A stretch of 64,000 nucleotides of DNA from Perna viridis (Eukaryota), in assembly GCA_037379345.1 (NCBI GenBank), contig CM074517.1:43690500-43754499 (forward strand), given 5' to 3'. Shown here piece after piece: positions 14,506 to 27,000 of the stretch (its first letter is position 1; each line of letters begins with the position of its first letter). The translations under genes were made by a program, and so were the position numbers. The notes beneath the pieces are model-generated. The model saw only the letters and a list, made by a program, of their open reading frames with translations. It had not been told where the DNA came from and searched no databases.

Positions 14506-14875
14506 GGCTTGCTAACCTGCCACTTTATTTTGGCAAGTTGAAATGGAAAGATACTCTTCCATTCAGTGGAAAGAATGTCTTTCTTTTTTAAATGGTTTCA
14601 AACTCTGGAAGTTCATTTCATCAAAATACACTCAAGATTGCAGAAAACAGGTCCTCATTATTAATGGGTTACACTGATATGAAGTAAAAGAAATATTCTA
14701 ATATTTGGTCGATCAAATGAAAACATATTGTATCTATAAAAACTGTGAGTGCAAAGTTCAATAATAGGACACCATCCACTCCCGACCCCAGTAACCATAA
14801 GGTTAAAATGAAGTCATCAAACAGGAAGTTGACGTCGCTTCCGTCTGAAAGTAAACTCCCTCAAATATCTAACTA

Positions 14876-15028
14876 TAGACCCTTTTGTGGTAAGTTGGTG
14901 ATCATGCTCAATTTACACTTCCGCGAGGTAGGGCTTTGGTAGAACAAAAGAATTTTCCTCATGGAAGTGTATTGAGCATGCTCTATGCATGTTCATTGAC
15001 TACCCCACCATTAGCACAAGAGGGTCTA
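14876..15028. mobile_element. Fold-back MITE with TAG...CTA termini
   Basis: TIR TAGACCCTTTTGTGGTAA vs reverse complement TAGACCCTCTTGTGCTAA (16/18); internal arms catgctcaat/attgagcatg and acacttcc/ggaagtgt. Confidence 0.75.
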
Positions 15029-15052
15029 TTGTGATAGGTATCTATAATGTAT

Positions 15053-15307
15053 AAGAGTAATCAAGGGAACCAATGTTATAGCGGTAATCAAAAGAATGTA
15101 ATCCAGGGACAAAGACCAGACATGGAAAATAGACATACACAACAAAGAACATAAAGTAACTAAAATCATACATACAAAGTAACAAAAGTAAATGAGCAAC
15201 TCAGACTCCACTAAAAACTGGGAGCATGGACCAGGTGCACTGGTAGGGTAAGCGTCCTCTGCTTTTCTAGAAACACCCGCCGAGTTGCTCATAAAAAGTC
15301 AAGTCCA
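15053..15307 (-). repeat. Interspersed repeat copy; family not named
   Basis: Core 'gagcaactcagactccactaaaaactgggagcatggaccaggtgcactggtagggtaagcgtcctctgc' resembles a repeat I recall as abundant in bivalve genomes; a short degenerate relative is at about 52640-52665. Confidence 0.6.
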
Positions 15308-17769
15308 GGGTGGACAAAAGTTATGGACAGATATCCACCATGATCACATTTACACCTCAAATCGGGCATATAACAAACATGCTATCTCCTTCAAAACATT
15401 GGAAACAATTGGGTGTCTACTTTACAATTAATAGATTAATACATATGAAGAGTGATACATGTAGTTATATTTGAATCATATATCATGAACTAATTTTTTA
15501 TTAATTACAGTAAGTGATTGATCATAAAAAGAATCCTTGGTAGTGATTTAGAAATCTTATTTCTTATAAATGTATTTTGGGTGGTTATAAAGATCTGCTG
15601 AATGATTCCATGGTGGAAGTCTTGGAATTTTCAATGTTACACTTTAAGGACTATCAGAGACACATAATTAAAGAGATAAGAAACTAACTCAAATAAAATT
15701 GATGACTAAAGAAAAATTCAGGGATTTAAGGAAAATTTCAAGTTGAGATTAAAGGCCTGATGCTTAAAAGCAGAGTATAAAGTGATTATCTGAGATAGTT
15801 TGTACTTACTACTAGGAAACCAACAAGAACCTTCTGAGATTCTGAATATCAACCCATTTCTCAAACATCAACCTGGTTGGACCATCAACTACAGCATCAA
15901 GACTGATGGACTAAAAAATACATGTGATTTTAAACTTTTGTGTGTAATGTATGCTGTAATATGTCTAAATACTAGTCTTAAAGATTTAAATTCAGAAATT
16001 AGATTATATCATTTTATTACATGTGATTTAAAATTTAACTAATGACCGAAGATAGTGAGAAATACCCCATAGTGACTTTAACTATAGTGCATGGTTTCAA
16101 ATAAAGACAAATTAGCTGTGGTACAGGCTACATGTACCTGTAAAACTAACATCTGAAATCTGCTTACATCTAGGAAGAAACGACAGCGGTTTCACTGTCC
16201 AAAAAATGGGACTAAAAACAAAAGAATAACTGTCTAACACAGCCCCATTCTATTTGCAGGACAGGCAGGTTGGTTTTATTATTTAGCAGAATAAATAGTT
16301 GATGGCATTTTAAACGTAACTTCATGATACTGTTACATTTTTTTAGTAAAGTTTGAAAAGAATGTTTGTGTGATTGACTTAACATCCTCATTATTTATAC
16401 CTGATATTGATATTTTTGGTCTATCCAATAATATTAATTGGGAAAATATGTGTTTTTTTATTTGGAAATTTAGGACAATAGTACCAAGTCTAAAATTTGT
16501 AGTAAAAATCCTCTTGCAGAGGATAAAAACACAAGTCATAAACATTTAATCTGGGTACTATTGAACAGATTACCTGTACTTTGATTACCAAATAGGACGT
16601 AATTGTTTTTATTTGAGACAATTTTTAGCCATTTCTTTCACTAATTGGGAAACTTAGCCTTATTTTGGAGCCAATTTAGGACTAACAATATCACTGATAC
16701 AATTTACATCAAAAGAAAGGATCCTTTGTCACAAGTCTTTTAGTACATTATTGGTCTCCGTACTTATTTTCAAATTTTGAATGAATGATTTTCCTAAATA
16801 TTTCTTCTATGCCGTATCATTGTTCGAATTTTGCAATATCAATTTAAACTCACACCAACATTTTCATTTTTGTTCAATAGCCTTTCATCCTTTCATTCCA
16901 GACAAAGGTGAACTTGAATCTTTGAGGATATCTATATTATTATGAAATATAGATGGTACAATGTAACTGACCCCATTCTCCATTAAAACGTAATAAAAAT
17001 AAATCTGGTGGTTCAAAATAATAGTATTAAAAAGATTAAGTGGCTTCTATTGAATAATTCTACAAAGAGTTCTCGGGGGTTATCAAAAAGTCATCTTAAT
17101 CCTTTTTGTATACACATAACGATATTTCAGTTTGTGACATTCTAAAGGGAGATAATTTAAGAGGTCATGAACTTTGCTTTTATGTCATGTCAAAGAAATC
17201 ATCAGCACTAATCATACTTGTGGTTGTACCAGTCTGCCAGGATATTAAATGTAAAGATGTTTGTTTAAATGTTATAAATTCATTTGTACTTAAAACAGTG
17301 CTTGTTTTGCAGAATTAAGACATTGTATTAACATATTTCAACAAGCAATCAATTTGGGTGTAGTAACCATGCAGCCTATGCTCACGCCAAAATTGGAAAA
17401 TCTGTTTGAATATGGATTTTCTATGGTAATATACATGCACATGTATCCCCACCCCAAAACCCAGCCCCAAAAGAAATTTGACAATTCGTGTCTCCTTCTG
17501 AATATTTTTTCTCAACTTATCCTAAATCACCGCAGTCAGTTCCAGGATAAAGCTTAGCAGGGCCTTCTAATTATTTCAGTTTGAATATAACTATTAGTGA
17601 ACTATTTTTTTCTTGCACAATTTCCCTAACTGGGGGTTAGTAATTTACTAACAGGATTTTGTACTGAAGTAGAAAATTGTAATTTTTAACATCTGAGTCT
17701 GGGTATGGTTTCAATTATAGACGATTTTATTTGCACAAACACATTTACAGTAAATGGTTATGGTATGAA

Positions 17770-18330
17770 CAAAAACAGAACAATGTAATACACATTACAT
17801 ATAAATTAAAAATTAATCACCAGGGTGCAACAGTGGTGTAAATCTGATCAAAATCGATTAATCTATAGTTTTAACTTTATATATTAATATAATTTCTGTT
17901 AAATTAAATTGACCTTAGATTCCAACATTCATTCATGAATTTGATAGTTATTTTAAGTATTTCTACAGAGCTACTGTTTAATATATATATGCCATGTCTC
18001 TTTGTGTGAGGTGAGGTTTTGATGAAGAAATTAAATTATGGTTGTCTAATTTCATTCTGTATTGATTTCTTTGTGGTGTGTAGTGGGTGCACACCGAGAA
18101 GAAACGATATTCACCCTCTATGTTCCCACTATCACATGAGTTACAAATATGTTTTTTTCTCTCTATGTTTTTGTATTGACTCCTTTCTATTTCTAGTACA
18201 TTTGCACTCAAAATGAAATTTACTGATGATCTTTATATTTTAGATTTACAAAAATTAATATATGGGAGTGTTTTAGACGGAATAAATATTTAACGGGAAA
18301 ATGAGTTTTTTTCACTCATAGCTATTACTA
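17770..18330 (-). mobile_element. Degenerate 3' fragment of a non-LTR retrotransposon (LINE) ORF2
   Basis: 'LSANVLEIERSQYKNIERKKHICNSCDSGNIEGEYRFFSVCTHYTPQRNQY' fits the ORF2 C-terminal 'S.H.L.IE.GRY...R.C..C....EDE.HF...C..Y...R' pattern; stop immediately upstream. Boundaries approximate. Confidence 0.75.
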
Positions 18331-19659
18331 TCCACAAATATTTTGGAGATCTGAAAAATAAGACCTCCAAAATTATTTATGGACCTGAACAACTCAACTT
18401 CAGAATGCAGACCTCTTGAAATAAATAAATATATTAGGTCCTAAAATCAGTTATAAAGGTCCATAATAATTTGGGACCTGCTTACATGATTACAGTATTG
18501 ACTAATTCTGCACAACAAATTTTGGTGGCTTTAAATCAGATGGACCAAATTTAAGGTACTAAGTCAAATACGTACAGCATGGACAAGTGTGCCCAAGGCC
18601 AAACCCTGGCAGATATTTGTCGCATAATTTGTGATACCAACAAGTGCCTATAAATGTCTGGTTAAAATGCAACGACTCCTGGAATATGATTAATACTTCT
18701 TACATTTTACTTAACTTGGTCAGTGAAACTGAAGCTGTCTACAAAAAGAGCTGCACAGCAACAAACGATAATAATTGGCGGGAGAAAGTTTTCGGATGTG
18801 TTCGGGTGTTATCGTATTTAAACAACTTTTTAGTTGTAAGAAAGACAACTCTTTTTTCCAGCATAAAACAAATGTAAAATTTTCACCTCAAACAAAGAAG
18901 TTTGAGGGAAAAAAACTAAAAATACTTAAATTAAATTGACTTGAGATAAGTCAAAATAATACAGTTCTACCCTTAAAAGTTAAACTGGTCAAATGATTAG
19001 AACTTGTTTTGTTGAATTATTGATGAAGGATTTTTCGCCAGAATTCTGTACCTGCGACTCAAACTATAAAATGTTTATACATTTTCTTATTTCCTATTGC
19101 TGTCCAATTTTTCTCTGAAGTTTTTAGTTCATATACTAACTTTGATAAATTAGGTTATCATCATATAATTTTTGTGGATTATTCATATTTTGTGTGTGTG
19201 TTTCATTAGCAATTACTGTCACTTTATAAGAATATTACAATATTGTTGAAAAACAATGTATTTGTATAGGTTGCCTTTGTGGTTTGGAAAATAGAAACTC
19301 TCTTTTACAGTTTGTTCATGCTTAATTGTTTTATTTTAGAAATGTCTTTCCTAGTTTTATGCAATAGTTCTGAGTTCAATATTTTTGGAATAAGATTTTT
19401 TGACAAACACAAGGAGTTAAAATCCTTGACAAACAATACCAAATAAAAATAAACTTAAAGCAAGCAACACAATATTGTTTAGTGGTACGTCTCAGTTGAG
19501 TATGTAAAACAAAGTATTATTCATTCTGTAGGAGTATTGCAGTTCTTTTAATGATGTCCAAATTGCTTCAGATAACATGCATTGCATGATGCAGCTACAT
19601 GTAGATATGTATACGTCGGTTGAACACTAAACAGGAGGACCAAATATGAACACAACATT

Positions 19660-19740
19660 ACAAGATGACATACAGACTGACAGACAAAGAACTGAATACC
19701 ATACTATGTCCCTTCTAGAAAGACAAGCGTATAAAAACAA
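19660..19740 (-). mobile_element. Degenerate terminus of the same HINE-like family
   Basis: 'gacagacaaag...taccatactatgtccc...gacaagcgtataaaaac' aligns by eye with the 10950-11005 end. Confidence 0.5.
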
Positions 19741-20870
19741 AACTTCGGATGATTTTGTTTCTTGTAAACATGAGCTGGTAATAGGGTATGTTAAGTCTCG
19801 TCACATGACTGTGATTACACAAGAATGGGTCCTAATATACCATTTATAATGCATAGAAACTTAGTCATTTACAGATGGCTGAGTTCAGTATTTAAAGCAA
19901 AACATATTTCTGTGTAAAAATACAGATGAAAATAACAGATCTATATTTCTAAAGCATAAAGGTTTTATGAAAACCACAAATAGAAAATTTTGCATTATTA
20001 TGTAGCCTTTTTAGATCCTTGAAATAAGCAATAAATGCAGATCAGTCTTCAGATTTCAATAGTTCTACATAGAAAATACCGGTAAGGAAAATGGAACTAG
20101 ATCTAGACTGGCATGTATATGAAACATATTTTATTAAATTCCATTCCTCTGGTTTTTGTTTTTGTCATCCACAACATATACAAAGTTTTCTTGTTAAACT
20201 GCCAAGATGTCTTTATTACAATTTAATATTTTATCAGATAACCTGAAAATGAACAAGGGGCTGTAACTCTGTCAAAATAATAATAACCAGTTCAACTAAA
20301 AATCCAACGTTATCAGCATTCAGTAACTAATTCATTTAGCTACCACTTCAAATGTAAGTCTTGGCATGTGAATGAAGCTAAGGGAAATGGAAGGAGGGGG
20401 CTAAAAGTGTAACCTCCTTCACTAAAAAGCAACACTAATAGTCAATAAACTGTTATCACAAAGGTTAGTCTCGCCTGTTCGATATTGTCAATATAATGAT
20501 GTGTTTGCTAAATATTATTTATTTTGTGTTGCTTACATATTTTGTACAATAAAATGAAATAACAAAATTATCATTTTGTTTTACCACTACAAAATGCACT
20601 AGGCAACAGATGGATGACCATCGAACTAAACTTTTCTTGAGGCCATCACAAAAAACCTCGCCATTTCCAGTGGCAGGGTATAAAAAGTGGTCACATAATT
20701 ACAACATGTTTGATGAGTAAATGTATATAAAATTATGAAATAGGAAAGGACTAAGAAATTGGAACATCTGACAAATTAAAGATGTGAAATACTTTAAGTG
20801 AAAAATTCTTTTTAAAATAACATGAAATTATGAATGACAAAAATGTGCTTAGCTGAGATTAATTGCTTTT

Positions 20871-23808
20871 TTTATTGCATCACACTGAGATAGTAGGAAT
20901 TTAAGTAAAGATAAATAAAAATGTCTACATGAACTACAAAAAACCTCAATGTTTAACTTTTGGCATTAACGTTTTTAAGTCAACTTACCAAGGCTGTGGG
21001 GGTATAAGCATGAATTTGTGATGCAATGATGGTAATGACCTAGCACAAGGGGTTCATGTTTAAATGAACTTATCAGAAAACTTAACGTTTAGTTTGTGGC
21101 CACTATCACCAGAAAAGCAGAACATAAGTCTTGCCTTCCGAGACTTTTGTTGCAGGCAGGACAAAAATGAAAGTTGATATGCTGTAAATGACAAGACAAA
21201 TGTTTGAAATATCCCATTTTATTTCGCCATTATTTGAAGTACAATAAGTCTCTCGCTACTCTGATCGGAACAATATTATGTACAGGATATATCATCTAGA
21301 CTTTACAGCACTATAATTTGCATATATTACAAGGATGTTTTAACAAAACATGTTATGCCTACACAAGTTTGCAAAGACAATAAATATTGCACAAAATTTG
21401 GGGAAATTAATTTCCCATCACAACGGAGTGCAAACTTGTATCGTCATACATTTATTTATCAATGCTTCTATTTTTTTTCAGTAAGGGAAATCTGAACTTA
21501 TATTTAAAGAGCTGCCACAAGATTGAAAATTATCTGAACAAATATATGAAGATACTGAATATGGAGAAATGTGTCTTCACCACCCTTCAGGACTGACAGA
21601 TTTGTTCTAATTAGATAGGTGTTCTGTTTTCGTAAATTAAATGTGCATTAAAACTGATTAAAAGGTAATTTGAAAAATTGTAAAATTTGTTATAGGTTTC
21701 AAATGTAAAATATTTCTTCAGAATCAAATTTAGAAGAATCAGAAAGTTATGATTAATTTATAATAGATGTATAACATTTACAGAGGGGCATTATCACTCC
21801 TTTTTTTTTCTTTAAATTTCCATATTTCATAATCCCTGTAACACACATAACAATGGTAAATAAACCTATGATGATTCAAGTACCTAACCCAATACCTCAA
21901 CTACAATCTCACTCAATCCACAATTCACAACCATGAAATACAAAGTCCAGTCTTAGAGTAAACTTTCTTTAGAAATTAAAGGAGCTCAAAATTTCTTCTC
22001 CATTTAAGTTTTTTTTTATTACACAATTTTTTTTTTACTTAGAATATAACATGGTAAATAATCACATTTAAATACTAGATGTTATTGCAATAGTTTTTTT
22101 TGCCTTTTTTGGTCAGATAAAATCTATGTCATTCCAAGACTGGACTTGCCTATTGATTTTGAGTAACCAGAGATGTCTTCAAATTTCTGGATGATCTCCC
22201 TTACAACACAAACTCAAAATTTCAGCATCATCAATATCAATATAATACTGCTTAAATGTAGGAATTCCATATTACAATATACAAATGCACATTATATGAA
22301 AGCAAACAGAATGCACATTAATATATTACTATATTTAGCACTTGTCTCGGCAGTGTTTTTAATTAATAATTATGAAAAACAATAAAATATTAAACACCTG
22401 GCACCATTATGAACACATGTTCAAAGGTGTTCAAGCTAAACTAGATATAAATTTATTGAAACATTTTCTAGAAAAGTATGATATTTCTTTTTGTGTAACA
22501 TTTTTTAAAAAATAATTTTTGAAACTTGGAAAATATGTTTTGTACAAGAGTTAAAATTTCTTTCCAAGATGTGTCATCACAATGATCTGAAAATGAACGA
22601 TTTATTATATCACTCCACACACACTAATACATGTATTGGTACATAATGTTTATACACATTGAACACACAAACTGAGGTATAAATGAACCAATGAGATTCT
22701 ACCACATTTTTTCCATGATTCTAATCCAAGGAAAATAATTCAAAATATTACAGCAATGTACATGTATAAAGGCTAGTTTAATCCATGATATTTGATTTAA
22801 TAATAAATGTTAACATTATCCCTGTTCTTCAAATGAAGAAAATTGGTAATGACAGTATTTTTAACTTTAAGGTTAACAAATTTCGGCAGTTTTGTGGTCT
22901 TGATATAAAATTAGATTCCTAATTTAAAAAAAAAAAACACTTTCTATTGATGTTGTTAAGACAAGACAGATCAATAGATCTTGGTATTATTCAAAAGAAA
23001 TTATGTTCATGAAATCTATCATGAACAAAGAATAAAAAAAGTCTTCCAATAAAAAAATACCTCTTTACTTAAAAAATAATGCTCATATTTTGTGTAAATT
23101 TTCTTTAAGAATCTACAATGCTTTAAGTATTCTTTTCTTGTTGTAATGTTTTTCAAATTTTTCGTCGTCATATTCATATTTGTTGTAGCAATGCTACTAC
23201 ATATACAAGGATTTTAAACAAATAAAGATTCTGATTTTGTATTTGATGAACCAATTTGGATTCAACAAGAAGCATAGCTAATAATGGTATGAACCAGTAT
23301 ACATAAATATAAATACATGATAAAAAATTTACATCCTTTGGTATATAAATGTAACATCTTTTATTTCAGTACAAACGTCTTTTGAAAGAACAGTTTATTG
23401 TTCAGCTTTGCATGTTTAATTTCTTAACACTTCCAGAGATATTATAATGTCAAAATTCTATGAGAACTTCTGTTCATACATTCATTACTCCAACTTTCAA
23501 AATAAGATATTAACAAAAATTTGTACAGGATCAAAGATTCTTCCTTAAATTTATGAACATAATTTTTTTTACAAAACTGAAAGCCCTTTTATATTAAGAT
23601 TAAATTGACTTGATACCATATCACATCAATAGTATTATTCTTGTCATCATAAGCACCTTTAACAATTTACAATTACAATAGTTCCCTAACATAAATATCA
23701 TATCAATCCATCAATAAAATTTAACGTATTTCCAATACATGTTGTTATGCTGTTATAGAATGTCTTTTTTTACAGATCTAAGTAACCTCTAGAGTAAGAG
23801 TTCAAAGT
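20871..23808 (-). other. Probable 3' UTR of the RasGAP gene; end uncertain
   Basis: AT-rich non-coding stretch after the stop; minus-strand AATAAA at 23394-23399, 23360-23365, 22452-22457 and 20871-20876. The site used cannot be read from sequence. Confidence 0.4.
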
Positions 23809-24058
23809 TCAACATGAACTTGTTTTAAATTCTGCTATTTCAGTGGACATAATTGTTGACCTCAATGGACCTAACATTCCATTGTGACTGGACTGAGAAA
23901 CGCTGCGTAGCTGAGTTAAAGCAGTCATAAGTTTGGCATTTGCGTTGTCGAGGGTCTGAATTCTCCTCTCTTGGGCCTCAATGACCCTTTGTTTTTGTCG
24001 AACCAGACTTTGCATATCTTCTTGATCAGCCTTCAATTCTTTTTCCACCATCATCAAT
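23809..24058 (-). CDS. RASAL2: RasGAP terminal coding exon (LMMVEKELK...AEFKTSSC*)
   Basis: Acceptor ctcttttcag, phase 2; 'LMMVEKEL', 'RI.TLDNAN.KLM.AL.QL' and 'EFKTSSC' are family hallmarks; TGA at 23809-23811. Confidence 0.95.
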
Positions 24059-27000
24059 CTGAAAAGAGAAAGGAGAACTCATGAATATGCATGATTAAAT
24101 CCATCTCATTAATATGTATGTGAAAAAGCAATCACAAGAAATATATGCAAAATACACAGTAGTTTTTTTATACAGTTAAAATAAAGACAAAAAATGACCT
24201 TGATGAGAATTTGACGAACAAATATGTGAGCCACTTAATTATGTGACTATGAAAATGAGAGTTAACAAAAATAAGATATTATCTCAGTACCCTATGGTAT
24301 ATATCAAAAGTAAAAATGTTTCTTAAGATTGATTTGATAAGCTATGGTTCTTTGGAGATTTAAGGAAAATACATAAGGTAAATTTTGTGATTAGTTTCAT
24401 CTGAAGACCTACATCTGAATTATATCACTAAAGTTTTAGAGACAGATTAAAAAAAATATCCATGTACATATAGTACCTTGTCAGTGTCCATGTTAAGCAA
24501 AGAAGCAAAAAAAAAAGGGTAAGTGCAAAGCACATTTATGTATACATATATAGAATTATGGTACACTGATTTCCACTTATAGAGGAAAAGCAAAGAGAAA
24601 ACAGTTAAGTTTTAATAATTGATATACATGTATATCTTTGTGTTCCTATATGTCTGTACATATACTGCAACCTCATTGAGCTACTGTGCAATTGCATAGA
24701 AAGTGGAGTAGTTGTTCATGACATAGATTATATCTATTAGAACCATGAACCAACCAGCTATTCTAACGTCAATTAATACATAATTTCTAGGCCTAGTAAT
24801 GGCAGGCCTACTGGTGTATAAGTATTAATACAGATATCTAGCAGACACTTAGAATGATTGACTGTAGTTTTAAGTCCTAGATCAGATTATTTCATGCGTT
24901 TTAGGACGAGAACCTTTGACCAATTGTACAGACCCTGCTTTGTTCTAGTCTAACACCCTGCCAGATGTTTATTATGCTAGTTTACAGAAGCAACAGCCTA
25001 CAAAGAGGCATGTCACCCCACTCAGATATATGAAATTAACTTGAAAAGAAAAATTTATGAAAATGCCTACAAGACCGAGATTGTAACAGCTTGGAACTAA
25101 CTTATGACATGACAGTGTTTTTCTTAATTGTAAATAGCCAATAAGATTTCTTTCAATAGGCATATCCAAATATGGTAAATAGTAATGTGCCTTTTAGGAG
25201 ACTGAAGATTCTACTGCTAACATGGTAGACTAAATACTAAAACAAAGAAGGAAGGTGGATCTATCACTCTATATTAACCAAACCAATCTCATTCTATTGC
25301 TAAGTGTTCATAATTCAAAGGAGTGCAGGAAAAAAGAGGGTACACTGTAGCTTTCAACTCAACTGTCATTTTTTTTTCAATTTTCAATATGATTTAAAAC
25401 AATTTAAAAATTTGGTTTCCTGCTAAGTCTTGCTGTTTTTATTTTCAAATGTAGCATTTCTTTCCTTATTGTTAAAAATAATAATAAACACAAGAAAATT
25501 TATGTAACAAAACAAAAGAAAAATAGAACATCAAACAATTGAGGAATGATGGGAAATGAGGGAATACAGAATAAAGAAGAGAAGAAATGAATGGGGATTG
25601 CACAAAAATATATGGATAAAATAACTGAATAAAAAATACACTAAAAAAGACATGCAAAATGATTCCATGCCTGAAAATAAGATGTTACTAAAAATAGATA
25701 ACAATAGAGAACATGCTATTAAAATAATTAATTACCGTTTATGTAATCGATACAACTGAAATTATAGAATGGCAGCGTTTCGGTATTTTGGTTTAAAATA
25801 GAATTGATCTTTGTGTAAATATTTCTTACATTTCCTAATGAATGAGAGAATTAATGTGTTGGCAACATTTCATTCTTATTTTTTTCTTAAAATTTTTTTT
25901 TCTCACTTTGATAAATAGCATACTTGTCTAGACAATGTAAAAAAATGTTTCATGCTTAACAGTAAATATAAATCACGAAACATTAAATGTATATTATCTG
26001 TATATAGTGTGGTCCTAGTTTTTAAAAAAAGCATAACATGTTAAAACTGTGGACTGGGTGGATACCATTACCAACCAGAAGCTGACAAGGACAGTATATA
26101 ATGAGTTTGATTATCATCCTGTACAAACCAACCCATCATTTAATTTTTTTCTTGAAAAGTCCAATCTATTTAAAATCCATGGCCTGATATTAATAAATAT
26201 CACTAATAAATGTACATTAGATCAATATTTTGGACTTGGATTGTTATCTCAACTTTTTTTTTTTTAATTTGACCTTCAACTTTCAAGGTCAGTCAATATT
26301 CCTACTTTCCCCCTATAGCTGGGTGGTCAAATTTTGATACTGAATCTAACTTTCTAAGTCTGAACACATTAAATATCTTTTTTGAAATTGAATAAAATAA
26401 CAATGAAAGAAATCAAGTCTGATGACATAAAGATTTCTTTCATGATATTCAACGCAGATGAAAATCAAACAACTAGCCACTGTCCAAAAGAAACTACAAA
26501 GAGCTCTACAATGCGGATCTACAGTTGAAAGCCAGGCATGAATTAAAAATAAATGAAATTTCACCACAAATAATAGACGACGTCAGGACGATGACATGCG
26601 GAATCATCTAACCTTTGAATAATTTGTTTCATCTGATCATCTTTTTGGACCTGTTGTTTCCGGAGCCTCTCTTCACTTTCTGACAGACGAACCTGCCAGT
26701 CGTCGACAAGCTGCTGTGTCCCTGTTTCATGTTCCTTTAATCTGTCTTCAGCTTTTTGAAGCCTTTTCTGAGCTTCTATTAACTGTTGCCGTAATAAGTC
26801 AACTTCTTGCTCATACTGGAAGGAAAAGTTTAATATTTATGTCCATTCTTGCTATACCAAATCATGCAAAATATTTACAGTGATATAGAGAATTATGCAA
26901 AAGCCAAAGAAGATTTAATATACAATAAAGTCTATCTAAACCAAACTTTATTTTTTGGACTGTAGATTTGGTTTGGTTTCAACAGTTAAAAACCAATGTG

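Noticed and set aside
15026-15292. 88-aa ORF MSNSAGVSRKAEDAYP...
   Set aside because: Lies within an interspersed repeat; most likely a spurious repeat-derived ORF.
18990-19620. Decayed coding-like minus-strand stretch
   Set aside because: Multiple stops and no motif I can assign; would need BLASTX.
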